A stretch of DNA of 58,059 bases, filler included, from Sphacelaria rigidula (taxonomy: Eukaryota): the NCBI GenBank assembly GCA_964200075.2. It is 7 parts of 7 records of this genome, joined end to end, with 100 filler letters (N's around TTAATTAATTAA, not from the genome) between each part and the next. Parts side by side here need not be neighbours in the genome. Positions count along the whole stretch, not along the records: positions 1 to 8,209 come from CAXNAA020011911.1; positions 8,310 to 16,518 come from CAXNAA020011912.1; 5 more parts are not named here. The stretch is one strand, 5' to 3'. Under the pieces are notes generated by a model, which was not told the origin of the DNA, did not search any database, and saw only the letters and a list, made by a program, of their open reading frames with translations. The position numbers and the translations under genes are program-made. Position 1 is the stretch's first letter. Every line of letters begins with the position of its first letter. This document shows, piece by piece, positions 1-10,717 of the stretch.

Positions 1-58
<58 letters not shown>

Positions 59-67
59 TAATAATAA
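1..67. repeat. (TAA)n microsatellite at the contig start
   Basis: Nearly pure TAA tract. It is followed by a sequence (gagagtagtgaaacgaacc...) that recurs at ~13558, so it may be the tail of a minus-strand retroposon. Confidence 0.95.
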
Positions 68-217
68 TGAGAGTAGTGAAACGAACCGGCGTTCAAATCA
101 CTCTCTCATAGGGTGGAGTAGGGTTTAGTGAAGAAAACGATATGATTAGTGGTTTACGGAACAAAATGACGTGTCGTGTGTGGAGGATATTTCAAACCGT
201 GCACGTTGTGAGCGGAC

Positions 218-442
218 GCTCCGATGGCTGAGTCGGTAATCTCGAAATCTTTCGACGGTTGGGACGTGGGTTCGAATCTCGGTCAAGTCACACGATCTAG
301 GGTTCTTTCCTACATCATGTTCAACAGTGGAAAGCGATTTCGTGGTGGGTGCACAAAGTTCGACGTCAATGTCGACCAGGAGAAGAGACAGCTAAACTAT
401 TCTCACGATGCAAGTAAGGCAAACACCGCAGAGTGAGAGCGG
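218..442 (+). mobile_element. tRNA-derived SINE, diverged copy
   Basis: A-box-like TGGCTGAGTCGG and B-box-like GGTTCGAATCTC. The head aligns with those at 24928-25000 and 34130-34203. The acceptor stem does not pair, so it is not a tRNA gene. Confidence 0.65.
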
Positions 443-955
443 AGTGCTAAAGCGAGTATAAAATAAAACTCCTGCGTTGATCTTCCGCCCGTGTGCCCCC
501 CGCTGATGCGCCCACGTATGCCGAAAGGTGTAGATGAGGGTGGCAACACCCAGCGATAACACCACGGAACTATGAACTCATCGCAGGCATGTTCTCGTGT
601 CAAAGTACGATTTTTTGTACGCCATGGGTGAAGGCAGCTTTGATATTGAGGTCTACAGCCATTTTGTATTAGTCACGTGGCCAATGGTTGTACCCCATCC
701 CCCTCATCTCGTCACCTACGGGCTGGTGGGTTTTGTTTGCCATCATGTCGAGGCAGTGTCGAGTCGAGTCAAGTCGGGTCAGGTCGCCCAGATATTCCGC
801 ATGTTGTTTTATCCACCCATCTATCTCTCACGAGACGAAACCAGCACATGTTTACCCATGTTTTTACTGCTTTTACGCTATACACAGCAAATGCGAAGGA
901 GCTATTGGCTCGATTTTGGTACGTGCATTGATTTTTTTTTGAGGAAAAGACAAGA

Positions 956-2047
956 GTGGACACATGACCCATTTCAGCCCGAAGGAGGATGCAGGTAAAC
1001 GCGCAAGTTGGACCTGTCCGTGCTAGGCCCGAACCACTCAAATATCAATCCCGACGCAAAGGCTAGGCGCCCACAGTCCGTGCACAGCATGTACACCAAC
1101 TTTGACGAAAAAAAGAGCACGTTCATTAAAGGCCGAACAGCACCGCAGAAAACAAGAGCCTCGCAATGGGGTAGGTGTACCCTCCGAAAACTACTCAAGT
1201 TTGTCTTTCACCCTTTTTTTATCCTGCTTCATCCCCCATTATGTTGAAAGTGTACCCCTCTTTGACCATTATCGGCGTTCCGCAGCCGCCGTTCAACCCA
1301 CCGCACGGCACAAAATCGAATGGCCGAAGAACGTCTACAACGCTCCTTTTTAGCTCCTTCTGCGGTCTAGAGACTCGAGACTCCACCGTCGGTGATCTCT
1401 ACCCCAAACAAACGAGACCCCTGCGGAGTGATCGACACATCGCACGACATTTGTGTGCGCGCGCGCACACACAAATGGCACTAGTTCAAAAATACGGTAC
1501 TTCGTAAGTTGTGCCGTTTGCGCGCCCGCCGACCGGTTGTGCGGTGTGTCGATCACTCCCCAGGGATCTCGTTTGTTTGGGGTGGGAATCACCGACGACG
1601 GGTCTTGAGTCTCAAGGGCGTAACAGGTAACAGAAGCATTGGAGATGTTCTGCGACCATTCGTTTGGACAGCGGCTGAAGAACGCCGTGCAGTGGATTTT
1701 GAACAGCGGCTGTGGAAAGCCGATAGTGGTCAAAGAGGGGTACACTTCAGACATGATGCGGGAAAACTTAGGGTACAAGATAAACTTGGTAGCGTTGGTG
1801 GGTGTACCTACCCCCATTGTCGAACAAAATAGGGTACATTGCGAGGCCCTTGTTTCCCGGGGTGCTGTTCGGCCCTAAATTGCGCTCTTTCCCCCCTAAA
1901 GTCGGGGTACATGCTGTGCATGGACTGCGGGCGTCTTGCCTTTTCGTCGGGATCGATTTTTTGAGTGGTTTGGGCCTAGCATTGACAGGTCCAACTTGCG
2001 CATCCACCCGTCCCTACTTTTGGGCTGAAATGGGGTGATGTACCTAC
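956..2047. mobile_element. ~1.1 kb imperfect palindrome (foldback/MITE-like element)
   Basis: Arms are reverse complements along most of their length (ccatttcagccc / gggctgaaatgg; gcgcaagttggacctgtc / gacaggtccaacttgcgc; accccaaacaaacgaga / tctcgtttgtttggggt). Centre is near 1500. No coding capacity. Confidence 0.8.
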
Positions 2048-2530
2048 CCAATTTTGCCTTTTGCCGTACAGTATTCTTTTCTTTGTTTTGGATGGACGTT
2101 TCCCCGTATGGGTTGCTGTACGGCGGAGGTAAAGAGTTGAAATGCCTTCTTTTCTTCTTTCACCCCTGCACGTGTGTTGTATCGCAATGCGGAACCTAAC
2201 TGCCAGAGCCTCTGTTACCGTTGCAGTGTTGTGTGTTGAGATTTACTCTGTATGATGTGCCACTCTCTCGACAAAAAAATTCAATCCTTGGTACTGATCA
2301 AATGCTCGGATCTTCCCCCTCCCCGTCTCTCCCCCCCTCCCGCCCTCCCTCCCCGTGCCCACTCCTTGCTCCCCGCTCTTCTTTTCGCACCACTTGTGTA
2401 CCTTTTTCGGTACATGTGTGAACGCCGTGGATCATGACCGCCGTCACCAAAAACAACCACCACCACCAACGGCAACATGAACACCGAACATGAACACCAA
2501 ATAACATAAACATCAAACACGGTTGCACAG

Positions 2531-2745
2531 CTCCAGCGGGAACAGCGACTGCAAGCGGTACCTTGGGGTAATTCAGGCGACGACGGGGACCCTTCTCACG
2601 TGCTGCTTCTGCAAAGAAGGACTGCCGCCCGATGTCGAAACGGTCATCAAGCACGCCGACCTCTGCTCACGTGCATTGAATGCATCCCGGAAAGACGCAC
2701 GAAAGAGAATGCTGTCGCGGCAGGAATACCCGCAGCAAATCTCTG
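2531..2745 (+). CDS. Putative internal exon encoding a C2HC zinc-finger-like motif (CCFC-x13-H-x3-C)
   Basis: cacag| acceptor and G|gtgagg donor around an open frame; ends in phase 1, compatible with the exon at 4386. Confidence 0.4.
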
Positions 2746-4027
2746 GTGAGGCAAATCATTGAGACACATATGGGAACGGAATGGGGGAGTGACGCATGTT
2801 TCGCGAGAAAAAGGAGAGCGGTACCCCGTGTAGGACGAGTAAAAGTTGGGCTGTATCCTTTGTATTGAGTCGTTGATATTGCTGTTGATGTTATTGTGGA
2901 TGTTTATTGCTATTATACTATCGTCATATTATTTTGTATCATCACATATATGTTGACAGCGTAAATGTCTCTCCGCCCTACACTTGAATTAGTATCCACG
3001 TGACGCTCAAATCCATACTCAATCCAAGTAAAAAATGATGGATTGGGGAACAGTTTTCCGTTGTATTCTACCGTAGTACTCATCCGCCGTCCTGGGAGTA
3101 TACCTACCGAATGACTCATACGTCCTTGAGGTGTGTCTACCCGTGTTAAACATGGCTTTAAAAGAACCACCAACGCAAGAAACTCTACACATAACCGCAG
3201 AGGAACTCTACAGTAAAATCAATAGAACCACGAAGGAACTCTATTCCACCGACGCCCTAGTGCAGGGTGTCGGTGCGTGATTGTTCGGGCTTCAAAAATC
3301 ATGCGGGCTGAGTATACCTCCACACCGCTGATATAGCCTGAGCTGATACCTTTCTCTTCAAGTGCTTCTAACCCTTCGACCGCGAGGGTTGGCGATCTGG
3401 GTCATCACTGTTCAAGTGAAGATGATGCCGATTGAGCAGATTACCCACCCTGGCGATCAAAGGGTTTCAATGTTGCCTCAAAAACCTGTATATTCACACA
3501 CACATATATTTTACTCATAAACCGGATTTTGGGATACACACTACAACCAAGTCGGACCAACGAACCCCTACCCAGTGAACCATGGCTAACCGCGCCACTT
3601 ATGTTTTGGAGGTGCGCGTAACCCTGCGCGTATTGCTCTGCTGCTGTGCTGTGTGGCATGCGGTCTGTTGTGCGCTGCTGCTGCTACAGTATGTGTGGAC
3701 AATGTTGTGTGGGCCTGCTGTAGAGGTGTACCGTCGTCTCGAACACATCAATCGTCTGCTCCCCTCGCCGCAGGCGAACACAAAATAGTACACCTCCCTC
3801 AACTTTTTTTGCGCGACGTTCAAAATCGGCAACAGGCCAAAATTGAGTACCCCTTAAATGAGGAAGAACTTGAACGTGGGACACATCCTGTTTGACTGTA
3901 TTGCAGCACAAACACGCTTACGCTCTCTCTCACGTGCTACTCCTGTCACTTCGTTGGGGCAATGAGTTTCCAAGAGTGATTTTTCGAAAAGTGACCTACA
4001 CTTTCGATAAGAACCCGCCGAAAAACG

Positions 4028-4063
<36 letters not shown>
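4028..4063. repeat. (TTG)n microsatellite
   Basis: Direct reading of the sequence. Confidence 0.9.
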
Positions 4064-4065
<2 letters not shown>

Positions 4066-4385
4066 TCACGTTCAAGACCGTTCGGACGCCTTCCGTGGTC
4101 ACAGGCTAACTAACCAAACAAGGTATAATATGGAAATCGAGAAGAATAATCGGACCCAGGAAAATTCACACATGCGCGATAGAACAAGTAAAATAAAAGT
4201 GTGGTGGAGAAAAAAAAAACGATCTGAGAGGGCGTCACCTCAACATAAATTGCCGAAAACACGCACTGAGGAGATATATCAGAAGGGGAAAATGTGGGTG
4301 GTGTCGATTATATCATATACATAATTTTTGTTATGGCCTTGCGAGGGGGGGGTGGTGTCGGCTATATTCACACAAAACCGTGAAG

Positions 4386-4672
4386 GAGGGATCTGTCGGG
4401 ACTGTGACGGTTACGACAGGCCAGCGGGGCTCGGAAACATGGTGAATGGTCACTGCCAGGCGTCTGAGAAGCATGACGTCAACGCAGCAAACACCCTCAA
4501 CGCCAACGGGTACGCCGTCGACACGCGCCAGGAACAAGTCATCATGGCTCTCAACGATGACCTTCGCTCCCAAGTAGATGCATACAGGCAACGTGTTGCC
4601 CGTGCGATACAGGCGGCCGAGGCCTCACTGCCGTCGACAAGGATCGACGAGCTAGGAATCGATCCTCTTTGA
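4386..4672 (+). CDS. Putative terminal exon with a CxxC...H...H zinc-finger-like motif and a helical tail
   Basis: gaag| acceptor in phase 1; reads ICRDCDGY...NGHCQASEKH...IDPL to a TGA stop. Confidence 0.4.
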
Positions 4673-5629
4673 CTTCGTTGTTGTACATCCGGTGGCGGGG
4701 TTAGACGAGTGACGGTGCGCCATTCTACTCGGGTTGGTGCTTTTTTCTTTGGGGTAGATTCTCCATAAATGCAGCGCTACCGGTTGGCGCGAACACGACC
4801 AAGCTTTCCTCTTTCTTCCGTAGTGGTGACGGTTAGCCGTGCGCTTGGAAGTCGCTGCTGCTTGTAGGGTCGTTATAAAATGGATGGAAAGCATGGAAAA
4901 TAAAGCGCGATTCATGACGGCCCTTATACTAATTGTGGTTGATGTCACATCACTTTTTGTTCATCATTTCAAGGCCTCTGTGCATGCAAGACCCGTGGCG
5001 ATGTTACCTGTGGTACTGCTCTCACGCGCGTGAGCTGTGACCTATCACTTGTTATTATTATCGCTGTTGTTATTTACTATTATTGTCATTCGTATTGTCA
5101 TGACTATCATTTTTTATGATTGTGATAATGGTGGCCATCATCGTCGTCATATGTTTCACCCCCCTCCTTTTTATCGCGGCGAATCCGGAGTATTTAAAGC
5201 GTGTTTCCCCCATCTCTCCCCCGTACGTACCTGCATTGCAAGTTATTATCAAGCATTCGAGCATCGGATGATGGCCATCAGCACTTGATCCCGCAACTCG
5301 TCGACTTTCGTCCGTTTTTTCCTTGTTAACTCACGCTCTTACGCTGTCCACCACGACAGCCAGTAAGATCAAGGAAAATCGACGAAAAGGGGAGATGAAC
5401 TCCGGGGGCATCAGGGACAAAATGGGAGTAGAGTACTTTTTGGTGCGGGGAGCGGCGCTGCACCCCGTCTGGGCACCTCTCAAACACCTTCTAGATCCTC
5501 AGCCCCACGCCCAACGTAGTTTGGCAGTATGCCCTACTTCTTTTTAGACATGGGAACAGGGTTAACTAGAGGTTGGAGAAGATGTTTGAAATACCCTATT
5601 TTGTCAATGAACCATCGAGGGATATTACC

Positions 5630-6940
5630 CCCGTCAAAAGATGGGAATATACAGATTGGGCGTTCACCCGTTGGTTTTAGGAACAAGAATGGTAGCACAC
5701 TTTCCGCTTAGGGGCGCAGCGCTGCACCCGGGCTGAGGATCTTGAAATCACGTTCCAACGCCTCAGCCCTACACCCAACATGCTTGGGCAGCATGCACAA
5801 CTTATTTTGTTTTTCGACACATGGTGACAGGCTTAACTAGGGCGCGGAAAAGGAGAGTCCGTCAGAGCACCCTTTTTTGTCAACAAATCAACGAGGTACA
5901 CCTGACTCTCAGCTAAAAAGTGATCATCATGCCTTTTTCGCTTGTGTACCTTTCGTATGTTCACGTGTATATCTTTTCTTGCTCGATGGTGACCCCACCG
6001 CGGGCTCCGCACCGGATACGCCTAACAGTCACACCACATGCTCGATTTTTTTTATGCTACACCTCGTCAAAATGGCCGAAATGCGCATCAAAAGATTGTA
6101 GCCTGCTACACGAAGATCCAAACATGTGTGGCAAATCTTGCCGGCACACGTACGCCCGCATGTCATCATGTGGCGTGCGTCATCGTGGCCCCTGTTGCAT
6201 AACATGGCTCGTAAGGAGCACTGACATCTTCCTCAGTATTACACCCGATAACGCGTGATCCGATTCGTACTTCACTGCAATCCGGTCGGAAACAATTCGT
6301 CCCGATTCACGAACCGCAGATCGCGCTACGCTGTTCCTCAATGTGACATGCGGGCGTGCGTGTCCCGGCAAGACTTTTCATGCATGTTTAGATCTGTGAT
6401 CTCCCGCACTCGACTGTTCGCGCCCTGCACGCATTGTCGGATCTTTTAGGTTTGTGGGGCAACCAGTAGTAAGCCACAATTTATGTATCCTTGGGCTTTT
6501 CGGCCTTTTCGGCACAATGCAATTTGAAAAAATCGAGCATGTGACAGTTCGGCGTATCCTGTGCGAAGCCCGCGGTAGGGTCGCCAATGAACAAAAAGGA
6601 GGTATAAACGTGAAAATACAAGGATATGCAAACGAAAAAAGGTATGGTGTCATTTATAGCTGAAAGTCGGATGTACCTTGCTGTTTAGTTGACAAAATAG
6701 GGTGCTCTGACGGCCTATTCTTCCGCGCCTTGAATCAAGCCTATTGCCATGTGTCAAGAAGAAAACTAAGTTGGACATGTTGCTCAAGCACATACGGCGT
6801 GGGGCCGAGGCGCTGGTACGCTGGCATGTGTTTTCGAGTTGCTCAACCCCCTTGCAGCGCTGCGCCCCTAACCGAAAAGTGTGCGACCCCTTGTTGTTCC
6901 TCAAACCACCGGGTAAACCCTTTTGTGTCTCTTCTCCTTG
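5630..6940. mobile_element. ~1.3 kb foldback/MITE-like element with long imperfect inverted arms; partial direct copy at ~5442-5625
   Basis: ttaggggcgcagcgctgca / tgcagcgctgcgcccctaa; ccgtcagagcaccct / agggtgctctgacgg; cacatgctcgattttt / aaaaatcgagcatgtg; cgcccgcatgtca / tgacatgcgggcg. Confidence 0.8.
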
Positions 6941-7693
6941 AACACTACACAGTGCCTCTATTTTGTTCACGTACAGGCCCATTTATGTCCACAGCATACC
7001 CCGTCGATGTTCACATCAAAACCCTTTTCATTCAGTAGAATTTGCCGTTTCTTTGAATGACTCTTGTACTCGTTGACCACCGGTGGCATCCATTTGTGGA
7101 ATCGGCACCTTTTTCACTTGAAAAAGATGACTCGGAAAGGCCCCCGGAGATATCCACTTGTGGAATCGACACCATTTTCACTTGGAAAAATACCGAATTT
7201 GATGCCGATTTGCTAAATGGATGAATTCGACGGTCAAGAGGTTGAAAAGTGGAATCAGTATAAGTTTCCCTGGAAAAAAAGGAGTGAGAATGATGTCGAT
7301 TTCACATATGGACACCTCTCTCCGTCAAAGAGTTCGAGTATTGCAAACTCTACTGAATAAAGAAGGATACGGCATGAACGTCAAGGGGGTATGCGTGAAC
7401 GAAATGAGGGTTTTATATATTTCTAGCCTACAGGGGGTGTACCCCCCTTCAGTATATTGACAAAATGGGGTTGCTTCAACAAGCTCGCCTTTTCCACGCC
7501 AAGTGTATACACGCATGTTTATGAAGCACGGGTAGCCACAATTATTGTAGCAGTCACAGCAATAGCAACAGTAGCAGGACGCCATCATTGACGAATCAAA
7601 CAACAGCATATATTACTTCGAACATCCAAATCGAAAAATGAGGTTCCCCCTTCTCTCCAAAAACAACCACCAATCCGCCTGTATATACTTTAG

Positions 7694-8209
7694 GAAGAGG
7701 CACGGGCAGCAGCAGCAGCCGAAACCACAACAGCAGCAACAACAGCCGAAACCACAACAGCAGCAACAGCGAGGGTGCCAACGCTAGCGAAGGCGCTCGC
7801 AGCAGCGGACCAGTGATCATCAAGGGCACAGCTGTGCCTGTCCGCAGCTTAGTATCCCGACGCGCGACCCCAACCCCCTCTTCGCCACCTGCTGCGAAAG
7901 CAAAGCAACAGCGGACGCGACATATCGTCAGCGTCACAGATAATCCTAAACTCAGGGCAGCAGCCGTCGCTGCACAGCAAGCGTTAGCGGCCCGCAAGAA
8001 GTCATCGAGCAAGGCAGCAAAGACCGCAGCCGCGGGCACTGGCGCCGGTGCCGGTGCCGCTCCGACGAGTGGCGGTGCTGCTGGTGCCGGGCGGGGGAGG
8101 ATGGGCGAGGCCGGGAAGGGAAACCGGCAGTCGCCCGAAGGCTCCTTTGGAGGAGTAGCGGCGGTGGCGCCTGGTGTGTCTCGGGTGTGGAGAGAGGAGG
8201 ACAGTGGGG
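7694..8209 (+). CDS. Putative low-complexity (Ser/Ala/Gly/Arg-rich) exon of an unknown gene, cut by the contig end
   Basis: tttag| acceptor; GC-rich frame open to the gap; no recognisable domain. Confidence 0.4.
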
Positions 8210-8309
8210 NNNNNNNNNNNNNNNNNNNNNNNNNNNNNNNNNNNNNNNNNNNNTTAATTAATTAANNNNNNNNNNNNNNNNNNNNNNNNNNNNNNNNNNN
8301 NNNNNNNNN
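8210..8309. other. Artificial contig spacer (N44-TTAATTAATTAA-N44)
   Basis: The linker has stops in all six frames. Identical 100-bp spacers occur at 16519, 24828, 33137, 41445 and 49753. Confidence 0.98.
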
Positions 8310-8520
8310 CTCCGTCTCGAAAGGGATGCGTGGTCAATGGTCAGACGACTAAGGCAAGCAACACATGAAAACGCCCCCCCCTCCCCCCGCCGGCGTCATG
8401 AGCGCCCAAATGTTGGAGGTGTCTCTATTAGGAGTGGGAACGGTGGTTCGTCTCGGGAGGGATGCATGGTGAATGGTCAAACGGCTAAAGTAACAAATGA
8501 GTACGCCCCCCCCCCCCCCC
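8310..8520 (+). repeat. Two tandem fragments of a dispersed repeat (ggtcaatggtca...gagtacgccc family)
   Basis: Matches 33237-33345 and 41085-41180. Confidence 0.6.
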
Positions 8521-9649
8521 CCCCCCCGTCCGCCGACCCCTTCCTTCATATGTTCGCGTGTGATATTTTTGTGTTTGGGAGGATAAAAAACAACGGCATT
8601 TTGTGTGACGTCTGTTTTTCCGTACATGGCGCCATTATCCGAAGTTAGCGTTATGATATTTGAGTTGTACTGTCGGGTTGTTGTGGTGGGCGTGAATATA
8701 TTGCAATGCTGTGAGCCTGTGTCGACCCCAGCTTAATCGTATACGGCTGACAGCGTAGAAACTGCACGCGTTGCGATTTCTCTCTACAAAAAAGACATAA
8801 TATGTAAATTCTAATTGCATAATATCACGAACGAGTGTGGCCTGTTTTCCGGCACTTTTTTTTTCCTTCTTGTCGGTCATACTCTAGAGTTCAAGTTAAG
8901 GTTGATCTCCGCGTATACGCAGTATCGCGATTATCTGCTCAAAAGTTGTCGAATATTGTTGATGTTCGGGCTACGGCTTTGTCCTTGAATTGGAATGATG
9001 TACCCCCATTTTGTCGTATTCTCTGTCAAACAAGCAAACTTGAAGGGTTTCTTTTCCCCGTGACAAAGGTCCGTGGTTCACAGGGGCAAGCAGGCCTTGA
9101 GTGCGGTTTGTATGTCGTTCATGCTGGTTCCTTCAAGTCGATCGTGTGCTTGCCAGTAGCCACCATGGCGAGGGGCTGATTTCGTTCCGGAGTACACTCA
9201 ATATGTCGCAAGTTTTGAGTCGAAATGTCCTCTTTTTGAAATTGTCAATGTTCGTGTCGTTTGCTTCTGCATCAGTATAATGCACTCGTATCAAACCCTC
9301 TGCAGCTCGCCCTACCGTCTGGTGCAGTGACCCCCCCCACCCCCCCAACCACCGTGGGAGTGAAGGTGTCTACACGCGGTTGCCCGTGGATGTTCTTGTT
9401 TTCGACCGCAGTTCTGAATGATGAGGTTGATGAAATTGTCAGACAAAAACCTAGTCAAACCAAAAGGGCACTTGCTCCCTATGTTGAGAGTCCCTGGATG
9501 ATGATGATGACCGTGGTACCAGCCTTGACCATGGTCAAGAAGAAGTGAGGGGGGTCCCTTCCCCTCCCTCCTCCCCTTCCCCCGCAACACCCTTGCCCTC
9601 ATAGACAGTCTTTGGGTTACCGCCGCTGTTTCCATGAACTGTCGCACAG

Positions 9650-9939
9650 GGTCTTGCCGACGAGACGCGCAATCCTTTCAAGCTGGTGCTGCACTGCATC
9701 ATGATCCTGACGAGCGTCATACCCCCGGAGTTACCCATTGAGCTGAGCCTCGCTGTCATCAACTCCCTGACGGCTCTCACGCAGTCCCTGATCTTCTGCA
9801 CGGAGCCTTTCCGGATCCCCCTCGCGGGCAAGGTGGACGTTTGCTGCTTTGACAAGACGGGCACCCTTACGTCGGATAATTTGGTGATGAAGGGGGTCGC
9901 CGGAGCACCGGGGGAAATCGGTGACGACACTGTCGACAG
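9650..9939 (+). CDS. ATP13A1: P5A-type ATPase (ATP13A1/Spf1-like), first exon visible here: M4 and phosphorylation site
   Basis: cacag| acceptor; encodes [16 protein letters not shown] (P5A signature PPELPxE) and [12 protein letters not shown]|gtgaac donor in phase 2. Upstream exons are not in this contig. Confidence 0.93.
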
Positions 9940-10717
9940 GTGAACGCTGTATGGTAGGGGTGGCGGTGGTGGCGGTGTTCGTGACATAAGTAGTTTAAGT
10001 GTTTCGAGACCTATAGGGTACAGAAAGCGGCAGATAGCTTGTTGGAAGAAATAGGAACCGTGGAACAAGACAAAAACGTTGTTTTTTATCGCGATATTTT
10101 TGTTAGCGGTTTCCAATGCACCATAGCGCAGTTGCATCTCCTGCGCAGCAGCTTTGAAGGTAGTACGCTGTGTACACGTGGGGCACACGGGACAGTACGG
10201 GGGAGGAGAAGCAACATAACACAGTTTTCTGATGGGTTTTGAGCAATTTTTTAAACACCACGTGCGCAGGCAGCATAGTGCAATATTTATTCAGTACCTT
10301 GTGGTACAGCAAGCGTATCGAGCATGGATGAAATATTGGACTGCTTCGCACGGGGGTTGCCGTGCGGCACGCCGAGGGCGGCGAGCGTAGATGGCTACCC
10401 CGGCAGAGCATTTGGACGACGTACATTGGCAGATCATTTGCAGCAGGCGTAGTAGCTGCGGCTGCGTACTACCTCTATCATAACCTGGATCACATATCTG
10501 GAACACACAGGCGAAGAAATGATCACAGTTGTAGCCAATTCGATCAACATTGATTCTCCTCGTGGTCGTTTGCTTGGAAATTGTTGCCCGACTGACGTAC
10601 GGCTACGGCACGATGCAGCTATCACACCAGAGGGACCCGGAAAATTCGCGTTCCCGACTCCCATCTCACACTACAAGTATTTTTTCGACGCTACCCTCCC
10701 CCCTCCCGCTCTGACAG

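Noticed and set aside
218..290. Functional tRNA gene (also 24928-25000, 34130-34203, 25961-26552)
   Set aside because: Acceptor and other stems do not pair, and where visible the heads run into shared non-tRNA bodies, as in SINEs.
8254..8265. TTAATTAATTAA as a biological periodic motif
   Set aside because: Synthetic linker centred in N runs at every contig join.
7694..9649. Exon at 7694 as the 5' part of the ATPase
   Set aside because: It lies on a different contig across an artificial spacer and has no P-type ATPase motif.
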